Notes: generated by a model from the letters alone, not told the origin. Shown: positions 1-9,876, counted from the first letter of the stretch. The stretch is 64,000 nt of DNA from an uncultured cyanobacterium (GCA_963740315.1 CAVUDP010000002.1:1440001-1504000); one strand, 5' to 3'. Made by a program: numbers and translations.

Positions 1-738
1 ATTACGTTCAGTTAATTGCTGAGTCCTTGCCTGTAATAACTTACAAGTAGTTTGTAAGTCAACCGAAAAGTCTTCTAAATTACGATTGTTGATACCAATT
101 AAGGAAACACCATCTACAGCTAAAACGCGATCGAGTTCTGTTAGAGTATGAACTTCAATCAAAGGTGTCAATTTTAAAGCGTTGGCAATTTTGACAAAAT
201 ATTGTAAATCTTTGTCACTCAGTACCGCTGCAATCAACAAAACTGCATCAGCACCGCGAAGTCTTGCCAAATACATTTGGTAAGGATAAATTACAAATTC
301 CTTACATAGTAAAGGTAAATCCACAGCAGCGCGGACTTTAGATAAATTTTCAAAGCTGCCTTGAAAAAACTTTTTATCTGTAAGTACCGAAAGACAGCTA
401 GCACCACCTTTTTGATACTGCGTAGCAATTTGTACCGGGTCGAAATCTTCCCGTAAAACTCCTTTACTCGGAGAAGCTTTTTTTACTTCTGCTATTAAAG
501 CTGGTTTGGTTTTGCCTTGACGTAACGCTGCCAGAAAATCGCGAATAGGCGGAGCATTAACTAATTGACGCTGCAAATCCTGTAAAGATTGCTTCTCGCG
601 CATTTGGTCAACTTCCGCTTCTTTATACCAAACAATTTCTTCCAAAATATTGCTCGGTTCCGCATCAGGTGCAGCAATTTGATACCGCAACGACATTACG
701 GCAATATCTGGATTTGGGGGACGACGACGGATTTGCAT
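1..738 (-). CDS. trpC: indole-3-glycerol phosphate synthase (3' end runs off the window)
   Basis: Not in the ORF track. Manual translation from ATG at 738 gives [10 protein letters not shown]...[10 protein letters not shown]...[23 protein letters not shown]...[14 protein letters not shown], the classic TrpC motifs. The gene follows lpdA. Confidence 0.95.
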   Translation of the reverse strand, partial: MQIRRRPPNPDIAVMSLRYQIAAPDAEPSNILEEIVWYKEAEVDQMREKQSLQDLQRQLVNAPPIRDFLAALRQGKTKPALIAEVKKASPSKGVLREDFDPVQIATQYQKGGASCLSVLTDKKFFQGSFENLSKVRAAVDLPLLCKEFVIYPYQMYLARLRGADAVLLIAAVLSDKDLQYFVKIANALKLTPLIEVHTLTELDRVLAVDGVSLIGINNRNLEDFSVDLQTTCKLLQARTQQLTERN

Positions 739-749
739 AGTTATTTGAG

Positions 750-1157
750 ATGGGGGGATGGGGGAGAGGGGGAGATGGGGGAGAGGGGGGAGAGGGGGGA
801 GATGGGGTTCGGGGGAGATGGTAAGCCCAAAACGTGCGGAGGAACACGACCGTTGAGAGAAGTGGCGCAACCCGTTACTCTAACGAGTCGTGCCGCGAGT
901 AAGGCTTGCGTCGCCTGAAAGGCGATACACGCGGAGCGTGCGGCGAGCGGGGGAGATGAGGAGAGGGGGAGATGAGGAGATGGGGGGAGAGGGGGAGAGG
1001 GGGAGATGGGGTAATTAAATAGCGAGCAAGATGCTCGCACTACTCTTAATTCCTAACTCCTAACTCCTAACTGCTAACTGCTAACTGCTAACTGCTAACT
1101 GCTAACTGCTAACTGCTAACTGCTAACTGCTAACTGCTAACTGCTAACTGCTAACTG
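750..1157. repeat. STRR arrays (GGGGAGA/GGGGATG-type, then TAACTCC and about 12 x TAACTGC) with embedded dispersed elements
   Basis: Tandem heptamers directly visible between lpdA and trpC. Confidence 0.9.
820..950. repeat. composite GC-rich dispersed repeat, copy A
   Basis: Shares three exact blocks with 7709-7870: GGTAAGCCCAAAACGTGCG, CGTTGAGAGAAGTGGCGCAACCCGTTACTCTAACGAGTCGTGCCGCG and ACACGCGGAGCGTGCGGCGAGCGG. Confidence 0.85.
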
Positions 1158-2587
1158 GCTGCTGCTTTTTTGTAGGCTTCATCTAATACTTCGGAAAGTG
1201 TCGGATGAGCGTGGACTAAATGAGCGAGTGAATTGACGCTTTGACGATTGGCGATCGCCGCACTTGCTTCGTGGATAATGTCGGCGGCGTGAAGTCCGAA
1301 AATGTGTACTCCCAAGACTTCTCCGCTATCTTTACGATATACAACTTTGGCGATACCGTCGGCTTCACCTTCGGCTAAAGCTTTGGAATTACCTTTGAAA
1401 TAACTCTTACTAACTCCAACTTCAAAGCCTTCAACTTCAGCTTTTTCTTTAGCTTGTTCCTGTGTCATTCCTACATAGCTAATTTCTGGGTGAGTAAATG
1501 CTGCTGCGGGAATGCTGGAATAATCAATATTTTTGCTTCTACCACAAATATTTTCTACGGCAATAATACCTTGAGCAGAAGCAGCATGAGCCAGCATCAT
1601 CTTACCCGTAGCGTCACCAATTGCCCATAAATGGGGTACGGGTTCGCCTTCACTAAGTACCGCCATCGAGTCATTTACTGGAATAAATTTGCGTCTATCG
1701 AGTTCTACACTAACTGCATCTAAACCTATATTTTGCGTCGCTGGAATCCGCCCGGTAGCTACCAAACAAGCGTCAACTTCCAACACGTCAACCATTTCTT
1801 TAGTTTTAAAATCTGCTAATTCAATTACTACAGGGGAACCAGGGGTAATTTTTTTAGCGTATATTCCCGAATAAGTTTCAATATCGCGAGGATTTATCAA
1901 TACTCTTTCAGCTAATTTAGCAATATCGCGATCGAATCCCGGCATTAACTGCGGTAGGGCTTCTATCATGGTAATTTCGCAACCCAAAGCCGAGTAAACA
2001 TCGGAAAATTCTAAACCGATGTAGCCGCTACCGACAATTGCCACCCATTGCGGCAACCATTCTAACTTTACTGCTTGGTCGCTAGTAAACACGGTTTTAC
2101 CATCAATTTCAATGCCTGCTGGGACAAAAGGCACCGAACCTGGAGAAAGAATAATATCTTTAGCTGTAATAGTTTTTTCACCGTCGGGAGTATCAATAGT
2201 TACCTTTTGTTGTCCGGCAAGTTTACCCCAACCTTGAATAATATCAACACCCAAACGTTTGAGAGAATTAGTTAAATCTCCTTGAATCTTCGCTACCAAA
2301 TTATTGGCATGATTGGCGATATCCTCTCTTTCAAATCGAACGTTATCAATTTGAATTCCTAATGCCTTGAGATGGTAAGCATCGCGTAACTCCCGTACCT
2401 TTCCAGAAGCAGCAAGTAGCGCCTTCGAGGGGATACAGCCACGGTTAACGCAGGTTCCCCCCATATCACCCGCTTCAATAATTGCAGTTTTCAATCCGCA
2501 GCTAACGGCGTGTAAGGCAGCGCCATGTCCACCTACCCCAGCGCCTACAATCACCAAATCGTAATCAAATGCCTGACTCACCGTCAT
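1151..2587 (-). CDS. lpdA: dihydrolipoyl dehydrogenase
   Basis: GAGVGG FAD-binding motif, [13 protein letters not shown] redox disulfide and C-terminal HAHPTLSE. Confidence 0.97.
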   Translation of the reverse strand: MTVSQAFDYDLVIVGAGVGGHGAALHAVSCGLKTAIIEAGDMGGTCVNRGCIPSKALLAASGKVRELRDAYHLKALGIQIDNVRFEREDIANHANNLVAKIQGDLTNSLKRLGVDIIQGWGKLAGQQKVTIDTPDGEKTITAKDIILSPGSVPFVPAGIEIDGKTVFTSDQAVKLEWLPQWVAIVGSGYIGLEFSDVYSALGCEITMIEALPQLMPGFDRDIAKLAERVLINPRDIETYSGIYAKKITPGSPVVIELADFKTKEMVDVLEVDACLVATGRIPATQNIGLDAVSVELDRRKFIPVNDSMAVLSEGEPVPHLWAIGDATGKMMLAHAASAQGIIAVENICGRSKNIDYSSIPAAAFTHPEISYVGMTQEQAKEKAEVEGFEVGVSKSYFKGNSKALAEGEADGIAKVVYRKDSGEVLGVHIFGLHAADIIHEASAAIANRQSVNSLAHLVHAHPTLSEVLDEAYKKAAAS

Positions 2588-2922
2588 ATTACTCCGCGTG
2601 CTTATTCGTGTTTATTTTTAACTGAGTGCAGCGATACTGCAAGTCTTTTTTATTTTAGAGTTTTGCCAAACTTAATATTATAGTTTTTACTACTAAGGTG
2701 ATTAATTTTGCTTTGCGATTGTTTACAAGAACTATGAATTAATATAAATGTGTCCGAAAATACAAATTGCTGTTTGATAGTAGAAATTTATAACATTATT
2801 ATCTATTAGTCTTCCCACTGTTACTTTTTTTTAACTAAGTTAGCATGAATTTGTACAGCTATAACCCTTAATATTGATGGTAAGAAGTTTTATAGAAAAA
2901 GTTATTGTAAAGGAAATCAACT

Positions 2923-3267
2923 ATGGCTGAATCAGTACAGTATCTTACCAACAACCAAGGAGAAAGAATTGGCGTATTCTTAGATTTGGACAATTACCAT
3001 CAATTGATGAATCAATCGGTGGTAGATTCTGAAATTTTAACTAATTTAAGTATAGATGAATTGCAAGCTAAGCCAGATATTAAGTTATCTACAACTACTC
3101 AAACTGAATTAGATGATTTATTAGTAAGGAATACCGATAATCAACTGTCAAAGAATGAAAGTGAAACTTTAGATAGTTTATTAATAAAGGTTGACCAGCT
3201 AAATATTCTAAAAACTAGAGCTAGATATAGCTTAAATCATTTGGAGAGGATATTAAGAGTTACATAA
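2923..3267 (+). CDS. hypothetical protein, antitoxin-like small cyanobacterial family
   Basis: 114-aa ORF with an AAGGA RBS and N-terminal QYLTNNQGERIGVFLD. The family is recalled, not verified. Confidence 0.6.
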   Translation: MAESVQYLTNNQGERIGVFLDLDNYHQLMNQSVVDSEILTNLSIDELQAKPDIKLSTTTQTELDDLLVRNTDNQLSKNESETLDSLLIKVDQLNILKTRARYSLNHLERILRVT

Positions 3268-3320
3268 TTTTTAAAATATTTGCCAATCTGAAAAAATGTG
3301 TTAATTTGCATTGCACTATT

Positions 3321-3674
3321 TTAATTTAATTCATCTAAACCTAGTATGTTAGATAGAGCAACTTTTAATTGCATCATATAATCCTCATTTAGCAGACCGA
3401 TAACTTTAATGATTCTAGATTTATCAATTACTCGGATTTGTTCGCATATGACTGAATCTTGTGTTAATCCACCAACTCCGCAAGGCACAAATACATGACA
3501 AGGCAAAAGCGCACGTCGAATTTTAGAAGTAAAAGGTGCAATAATTGTATGAGGGCTAACAGTATTTGCTCTGTCTATTTGTATAATTACAACAGGTCTA
3601 ATACCAGCTTGTTCTGTACCTAATACTGGATTTAAATCGCATAAAATAACATTTCCTCGCTTAATATTTACCAC
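3321..3674 (-). CDS. MazF/PemK family endoribonuclease toxin
   Basis: KRGNVILCDLNPVLGTEQAGIRPVVIIQ...IIAPFTS...CEQIRVIDKSR. Confidence 0.9.
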   Translation of the reverse strand: MVNIKRGNVILCDLNPVLGTEQAGIRPVVIIQIDRANTVSPHTIIAPFTSKIRRALLPCHVFVPCGVGGLTQDSVICEQIRVIDKSRIIKVIGLLNEDYMMQLKVALSNILGLDELN

Positions 3675-3896
3675 TGAATTTCACCACGAGCCAAACGATT
3701 TTCGTAATCTTCACTCATTAGATAAGTAGCTGGAAAAATCTAATTCGACTATTGTTTGAGATTCTTCGGACTGTAACCATGATGAAGAGTCTTTACCCGA
3801 ATGTTTCCATAGCAAGTAATCGATAAAATCATTTACTTCTTCAACTAAGGAATCTGGAAGATTAGAAATTTTAGCAATAGTTTTATCGTGTATCAT
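3668..3896 (-). pseudogene. DUF2281-like antitoxin, frameshifted near 3713
   Basis: N-terminal part LPDSLVEEVNDFIDYL. The +1 frame continues EDYENRLARGEIQW* and its stop overlaps the toxin GTG start. Confidence 0.7.
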
Positions 3897-4029
3897 TACT
3901 TAAAGATTGCTGGTTTTGGTTACTATTTATGTTAAAGAGTTTTAGATGAAAAAGCAATTATAAAATACTGGATAAACTCAGGATCGGTCTGAAAAAAAAC
4001 TAATAACAGGGTAGTTTTCCGAAGCGGTG

Positions 4030-4366
4030 TTAACTTTGAATAAATTCCTGTACTGCTTTAACTGCTTCTTGTAACTCTTGAGAATTTTTAGCCTTTACCT
4101 TAATTTTCTTACCATTAGCTTCTGCTTCTACTTCAATGAGTTTATTCTCAAGACGCTCGCTCAAAAATCCCCATACCTGTTTAATATTCTGAGATTTGAC
4201 GAAAGTCCAGATTTTACCAGCGACATAACCCGATATTGACTTGCTGTTATGGGGTACGTTAAGTTAGGCAACTCGTCCAACTTCTTCAACTTCATCTAAA
4301 TTCTTCATCTAAATCTGGATCTACAAAAGAAATAGTAAGTTTCACACCTATTAAGTCGGTAATCAT
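4030..4366 (-). pseudogene. relic of the small caspase-associated protein (EACC1-like)
   Basis: Manual translation gives MITDLIGVKLTISFVDPDLDEE / LDEVEEVGRVA*LNVP...NIKQVWGFLSERLENKLIEVEAEANGKKIKVKAKNSQELQEAVKAVQEFIQS*. It has a frameshift at the repeated ATTTAGATGAAG and an internal TAA. Confidence 0.65.
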
Positions 4367-4446
4367 ACAGCATTAGTAGGATATTATACTTATATTTTAA
4401 GTTATAAAAGCAACAATTAGCCAAATTGAATATTACCAATTCCCTC

Positions 4447-5256
4447 TTAAACAATTTCACCCGAAATCATTTTCCTTAACTCCTGTTGTTTTTCTTGGCT
4501 AAGACGATAAACTTCTGGTGCGGGTTTACCAACAATATGTCCTTGAATATAAGTTACACCTATTTCTTTAAGTTGATACAAATTAATTGGAGTCTCTTCA
4601 TCCACTCCTTCAACTATTACATTAGGCGGATATAAATTGTTTGCTTTGACAATTTCGTGAACAAAACGAATTATTAAATCGCTAGATTGATGATGCAGAA
4701 TTTCACGATCTATTTTAACGTGACATGGATTCAACCCTGCTAATCGAGAAACTGAAGCATAACCAACGCCAAAATCATCTATGGCAAATCGAATATTAAA
4801 TTGCTGTACGTATTGTAAAAGTTTGTTTTTGAAAAAGGCTAAAGGATTATCTAATCTAATTCCATTTTCAAACTGCGGTAATTCCGATTTTTCCGAAATT
4901 TCTAAGATCAAATTTCTTGGTGAAATGATATTTTCTTCAATAATCTGTTTTACTCTTTCAAAATATGCCGTTCTAACTAAAGATTCTGGGTATACATTCA
5001 CGGATAATGGTACAACATCACCGGGTCTTCTTTGTTTTGATTTTCTCGCTTGTCGATAGCTTTTCGTGGCAATTGTCAGAAAATATTGATCCAATTCAAT
5101 TTTAAACCGAGAACCCCATAATTCTGCTGTTTGAAATAAATCAACAGGAGCAGCTAAAGTTTGAGTGTCTCTAGCTAAAGCTTCCCAACCACTGACGAAA
5201 AATTCATCTGAATCTACACAAATTACAGGTTCAAAATAAACAACCATTTTTTGCAA
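4447..5256 (-). CDS. EAL (c-di-GMP phosphodiesterase) domain, probably the 3' half of a caspase-EAL fusion
   Basis: WEALAR, LSVNV, LEISE, IDDFGVGYAS, VKIDR, VEGVD and QG motifs. It begins in frame directly after the caspase TGA. Confidence 0.88.
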   Translation of the reverse strand: MQKMVVYFEPVICVDSDEFFVSGWEALARDTQTLAAPVDLFQTAELWGSRFKIELDQYFLTIATKSYRQARKSKQRRPGDVVPLSVNVYPESLVRTAYFERVKQIIEENIISPRNLILEISEKSELPQFENGIRLDNPLAFFKNKLLQYVQQFNIRFAIDDFGVGYASVSRLAGLNPCHVKIDREILHHQSSDLIIRFVHEIVKANNLYPPNVIVEGVDEETPINLYQLKEIGVTYIQGHIVGKPAPEVYRLSQEKQQELRKMISGEIV

Positions 5257-6723
5257 TCAATCGCAAAATAGTTGAAATCTTCTTTCGTATAGCGGTTCAG
5301 AAATAAATCCAATATCTCTTTTTAAATCGTCAATAATAGCAGCTTCTACGAATGCAGGCTCTAATATTTGGCTACTTTGATAAAAACTAGATAAAATTCT
5401 GCCATATGCATTTTTTAGTAAGTATGAATTATCGGGCAAACCGCAAATTACCATAATTTCAGCTTCTGGGGGCATTTTTAACGGTATCATCACAAAAGCA
5501 TTGGCAGAATCTTTCGCATATTCATGGATTTTATAAGTTCCATGATGGGAAGGATTAAAAATTGATTCATGAGAGATAGTTGGAAAAATTACTGTATTTA
5601 GTATATTAAGGTAAGCATCACTATCTATATTTTCTGATAGATTGCTCTGTGATTCAACAAAGCATTTATCTTGACTATCATTTTTGAGTATAAATACAAA
5701 ATCTGCTTTAGATGTATTCCTAATAATTTCTATAATATGACTTTTTATTTCGGAACTAGTTAATATATCCCTAGAATTACTAAATAAATAATAGTCTTTT
5801 AACCTCATAATTAAATCGTGGATAAAAGACTCGAATGGTTCTAAAAAATTAGGTAAGTAAGTTATTTGTGACAAATAAGGTTCTGTATCGTGTTGTTGCT
5901 GCGTTCTGCCTAACTTTAACTCACCAAAACTTATCTTATTTACTAGAGGTGAAAAAATTTGCTGCTGGATTAAACGCGCTTTTGCTAACTGAATTTTATA
6001 ACCTTCCTTAAAAGCATAAATTTCCGGCTTGATTTTAGGTGCAATCTCCTGCATCTTCATGCGAATATATTCATGCAGTTCATCCACACAAATCATACCA
6101 TCGCCATCGATATCAGCCTTGCCATTTTCAATTCCTTCAACAAGATAGCGGGTATAAATTGAATGATTAGATGCTTGTTCTTCAAAAGAATATTGAGTAG
6201 AAGTAGAAGAAGTTAAAACAGCCCTTCCTTCTCCTCCCAATTGATTTTTAATATCTACATTGCCATCATTTTTCACCCTCATACCTTGAGCAAAAGCACC
6301 GCTAAAGCAGCAATCAAGAATTATTACCTGTCGCCGCGAAGGACTTTTATCCATTATGTGATGTACAAAACTTGCAGCTACTGTAGTGGAAGTTATTAAT
6401 TGCCCGTTAGGATGTTTGCAAGTTTGACTGCTTGCTAAGTAAAGATTGCCGTTGTCATCTTTAATTCCATGCCCGGAAAAATACAGCAATACCAAATCAT
6501 TTTTTTGGCAATTAGAGAAGATTTTCTCAATTTCCATGCCCATATTTGGTATCTGCGGATTTTTCAATACTTTGATATTATCTGGGGGAAAATCACCCAT
6601 TTCTGGATGCTGTAAAACACGTTGCATTGCATCAACATCCTTAAGGGAACCTAGTAGGGGATTCAACTCGTATTCATATTCGCTTACCCCAATTAGCAAT
6701 GCCAATTTCATTTGTTTACCCAT
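5257..6723 (-). CDS. caspase-like peptidase C14 (orthocaspase) with a GAF-like middle region
   Basis: ALLIGVSEY, LLYFSGHG (catalytic His), IILDCCFSG (catalytic Cys), AVLTSS and SIYTRYLVEGI. Confidence 0.9.
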   Translation of the reverse strand: MGKQMKLALLIGVSEYEYELNPLLGSLKDVDAMQRVLQHPEMGDFPPDNIKVLKNPQIPNMGMEIEKIFSNCQKNDLVLLYFSGHGIKDDNGNLYLASSQTCKHPNGQLITSTTVAASFVHHIMDKSPSRRQVIILDCCFSGAFAQGMRVKNDGNVDIKNQLGGEGRAVLTSSTSTQYSFEEQASNHSIYTRYLVEGIENGKADIDGDGMICVDELHEYIRMKMQEIAPKIKPEIYAFKEGYKIQLAKARLIQQQIFSPLVNKISFGELKLGRTQQQHDTEPYLSQITYLPNFLEPFESFIHDLIMRLKDYYLFSNSRDILTSSEIKSHIIEIIRNTSKADFVFILKNDSQDKCFVESQSNLSENIDSDAYLNILNTVIFPTISHESIFNPSHHGTYKIHEYAKDSANAFVMIPLKMPPEAEIMVICGLPDNSYLLKNAYGRILSSFYQSSQILEPAFVEAAIIDDLKRDIGFISEPLYERRFQLFCD

Positions 6724-7102
6724 ACAGTTATGAAAATTAGTACTAAAAACAGTTACTACCTAACTTTTTGTTTGATTCGGGCTTTGAATGTCAGCATTAT
6801 CATAAGGTTTGCTTACTGTCGTCATTAGTATTACATAATGACTGCATTTTAAATTCAACAACAATGATATAAATCACAAATATGACTGATGACGATTCAC
6901 TAGTCTTTTATACAAAGACCTAGATTTTGTGTAAAAAGTATTATTTATTGTATTTAAATATTTAAATTTAAGGAATTTTACCCAACTACCCTTTACACAT
7001 TCTCCCAAGGGTACGGCTCAGTTCGATCGCGCTACCATAAGATCCCACGCACTCAAAGTACGCAGGATTAGTTCAAAACTAAATATACATTTATTTATTA
7101 AA

Positions 7103-7189
7103 CGGAGAGGGAGGGATTCGAACCCTCGCTACCCTTTCGAGTAAACAGCATTTCCAGTGCTGCGCCTTAAACCACTCGGCCACCTCTCC
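7103..7189 (-). tRNA. tRNA-Ser(GGA)
   Basis: Reverse complement reads GGAGAGGTGGCCGAGTGGTTTAAGGCGCAGCACT-GGA-AATGCTG, then a long variable arm and GGTTCGAATCC...CTCTCCG. Confidence 0.96.
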
Positions 7190-7286
7190 AGGTGCCACAA
7201 GAAGCCATTCTACATTGAAATCAAATAAACTGCAATCCTTAAGAGAATAATTCTATAATGACGGAATTCAAAGCTATGTAATCATC

Positions 7287-7655
7287 ATGTCCTCTACATA
7301 TAAAGTCACAGTTCGCGATCGCGCAAAAGGGATTACCCATACTCTACTTGTTCCCGATAACCGCTACATTCTGCAAAGTTTTGAAAAACTTGGTGTAGAC
7401 TTACCGTTTTCTTGTCGTAATGGCGCTTGTACTACCTGCGCTGTCAGAGTTATTAAAGGAAATATTTCTCAACCCGAAGCTGTGGGATTATCACCTCATT
7501 TGCAAAGAAAAGGCTATGCATTATTGTGCGTTAGTTATGCTTGTTCCGATTTAGAAGTAGAAACCCAAGACGAAGACGAAGTTTACGAACTACAATTCGG
7601 ACGTTATTTTGCCAGAGGTAGAGTACGTGTTGGCTTACCGATTGAGGAAGATTAA
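7287..7655 (+). CDS. plant-type 2Fe-2S ferredoxin
   Basis: LPFSCRNGACTTCA...LLCVSY, with the C-terminal extension EDEVYELQFG. Confidence 0.93.
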   Translation: MSSTYKVTVRDRAKGITHTLLVPDNRYILQSFEKLGVDLPFSCRNGACTTCAVRVIKGNISQPEAVGLSPHLQRKGYALLCVSYACSDLEVETQDEDEVYELQFGRYFARGRVRVGLPIEED

Positions 7656-7708
7656 TTAGGATGGGGATGGAGAGAGGGGGAGAGGGGGGGATGGGGAGAT
7701 GGGGAGAT

Positions 7709-7870
7709 GGTAAGCCCAAAACGTGCGCGGTGAGAGCAGTCGCGTGCGGGGGTTCCCCCCGTTGAGCGAACTGCCGAACCCGAAGGGGTTCCCCGCGTTG
7801 AGAGAAGTGGCGCAACCCGTTACTCTAACGAGTCGTGCCGCGCTGAACACGCGGAGCGTGCGGCGAGCGG
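7709..7870. repeat. composite GC-rich dispersed repeat, copy B
   Basis: Same three blocks as 820-950 but with different internal segments. It also sits inside a GGGGAGAT array. Confidence 0.85.
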
Positions 7871-7928
7871 GGGGGATGGGGACAAGGGGAAAGGGGACAA
7901 GGGGAAAATATTGAGCTATTTATTCAAC

Positions 7929-8160
7929 TCCTAACTCTTAACTGATAATTCCTAAGTGATAACTCCTAACTCCTAACTCCTAACTCCTAACTCCTAACTC
8001 CTAACTCTTAACTCCTAACTCTTAACTCTTAACTCTTAACTCTTAACTCTTAACTCCTAACTCTTAACTCCTAACTCTTAACTCTTAACTCTTAACTTCT
8101 AATCTAAAATCTAAAATCTAAAATCTAAAATCTAAAATCTAAAATCTAAAATCTAAAATT
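7929..8160. repeat. STRR arrays (TAACTCC/TAACTCT)n and (AAAATCT)n
   Basis: Tandem heptamers visible. Confidence 0.92.
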
Positions 8161-8162
8161 CA

Positions 8163-8690
8163 ATGAAGTCAGCAGTTATTTTCTTATGTTGCTTGTTGCT
8201 GTTGATGGGGTGCCAAGCTAAAAAAGATACATCCCAACCGGGAACGGTACCGATTAAGGTGGTGCGGGTTGTCAGCGGACAAACTTTACAGGTTACGGGT
8301 TTTCGCGAACAGCCTGATTTAATTTCTGAGGTACGTTTGACGGGTATTAGCGCCCCCCCCGCACGTCAGCGCCCTTGGGGAGAGGCTTCCAAACAACGTT
8401 TAATAGAATTGATTGGAGATAAATCCTCACCCGTGAGATTAGAATTTGACGTGGAAGCGAAAGATAAATTTGGACGAACCTTAGCTTACGTATGGAAAGA
8501 TGAAACGTTAGTAAACGAACAACTTGTTAAAGAAGGACACGCATTATTTATGGGGCGATCGCCAAATCACAAATACGATTCCCGCTTGGAACGCGCACAG
8601 CATTGGTCTAGACTTATGGGAGAAGGAATTTGGAACCCCGAAGATCCCATGCGTCTTTCTCCCTCTGAGTTTCGCCGCGTTTATCGTTAG
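8163..8690 (+). CDS. thermonuclease (SNase-like) lipoprotein
   Basis: Lipobox LLMGC, plus VVRVVSGQT, VRLTGISAP, DKFGRTLAYVW and VNEQLVKEG. The usual DGD and IDAPE acidic residues are substituted. Confidence 0.85.
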   Translation: MKSAVIFLCCLLLLMGCQAKKDTSQPGTVPIKVVRVVSGQTLQVTGFREQPDLISEVRLTGISAPPARQRPWGEASKQRLIELIGDKSSPVRLEFDVEAKDKFGRTLAYVWKDETLVNEQLVKEGHALFMGRSPNHKYDSRLERAQHWSRLMGEGIWNPEDPMRLSPSEFRRVYR

Positions 8691-8826
8691 AAGTTAGTTG
8701 TTAGTGATTAGTGGTTAGTTGTCAAGGATCGGAGTTTAGGAGTTAGAAATAAGGAATTAGAAGTTAATTTTAAATCAACTAACAACTATCAACTAACAAC
8801 TATCAACTATAGCAATCCTGAATGAT

Positions 8827-9876
8827 TCATGAGAAAACACCATACTCATAAATTTTAGGGAAGTCAAAAATTTGACCAGCAATTGATAGTTCAAATAAAG
8901 CCTTAACTACAGTGAAAGAATGGCAGAAAAAGTAGAATTCTCTAATCAATCTTTTGGCTTGTAACCAAATATCTTCGACAGGGTTCTGTTGTGGCGCAGA
9001 GGCGAGCAAATCTTAAAGCGGTTATTAACCATTCTTCTTTATTCAAACCATTATTTAAAGATTCTAAGTAATCTTTAATTGCCTGGGAACGATGATAGCT
9101 AGCACCATCCCAAATAATTAAAAGTTTAGAGTCCCGACGTTGCGATAAGCCTTCGGCATGGCTTCGCTAACGCAAAAAATTTAAGAAATTAATTGTATTA
9201 TCCGAGTTTCCTTTTTCTGCCGGGTAAATTAAGAATTCCTTAGTTTTATAATCTAAGCCCCCAAAATAAGTTTGGCGTTCCCTCTGGTTTACAATTGGAA
9301 TTGATAACCGCTCCGACTTCTTTCCCCAAACATACCCTTCACTGTCACCCCATAATAAATGACATTCGTCAACCATGAAGACAACTAGTTCTCCCGACTC
9401 GATTTCGGCTTGTCGCGTCTCCAATAGTTCACAAATTTCTTTTTTTTTGAAGTGACTAATTCTGAATCATACTTAGGGTTATTTGATTGAGTTTTCTTCC
9501 AACTAATGCGTGCTTCATGAAATAAATCATAATAGCTTTGTTTAGACTCGAACACTACTCCATATTTTGAAGCAATTTGGTATTCTAATTCATTTAAAGT
9601 CCATCTATCTTTAGAACGCAACCACTCAATTATTTCCGAATGTTCTTGTGAATATAAAAATCCTTTACTTCCTTTGTACGCTAGCTTTAAGCCCTCTACG
9701 CCCTGTTGAAAAAATGCTTTCTTCCATTTACTTATAAACCCTGATGAAACACCTAATATCGGCATTATATCTTGATGTCTGTATCCACATAGCAACATTT
9801 TAACTGCGGTCGCTCGTGTAATTTCAAGTTTATTTTGGCTATTTTTGATAAAATCCTCTAGTAATTGAATCCACAT
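8827..9876 (-). pseudogene. IS630 transposase (HTH ORF, A-run frameshift, then DDE ORF), disrupted
   Basis: HTH ORF 9385-9876, with an A8G slippery run near 9420-9450. DDE motifs VDECHL, IIWDGASYH and APQQNPVEDIW. Stop introduced by the insertion at 9147-9170 and an extra frameshift near 9000. Confidence 0.88.
9147..9170. mobile_element. 24-bp SDR5-like element inserted in a HIP1 site
   Basis: GCGAT[AAGCCTTCGGCATGGCTTCGCTAA]CGC. Removing it restores GCGATCGC and the reading FLRSQRRDSKLLIIWD. Confidence 0.8.

Noticed and set aside
589..1040. ORFs 589-918, 665-847 and 741-1040, and similar ones at 7531-7914, 23438-24021, 33056-33265 and 49619-49816
   Set aside because: They are translations of STRR/SDR repeats (Pro-, Gly- and Ser-rich) or antisense overlaps of real genes.
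2590..2920. att-site duplication of the tRNA-Ser 3' end bounding the islet
   Set aside because: No copy of the tRNA 3' sequence was seen by eye, and there is no integrase.
5257..5259. TGA as a selenocysteine codon
   Set aside because: It is not at a catalytic Cys position, no obvious SECIS-like hairpin follows, and a CGA>TGA nonsense change is simpler.
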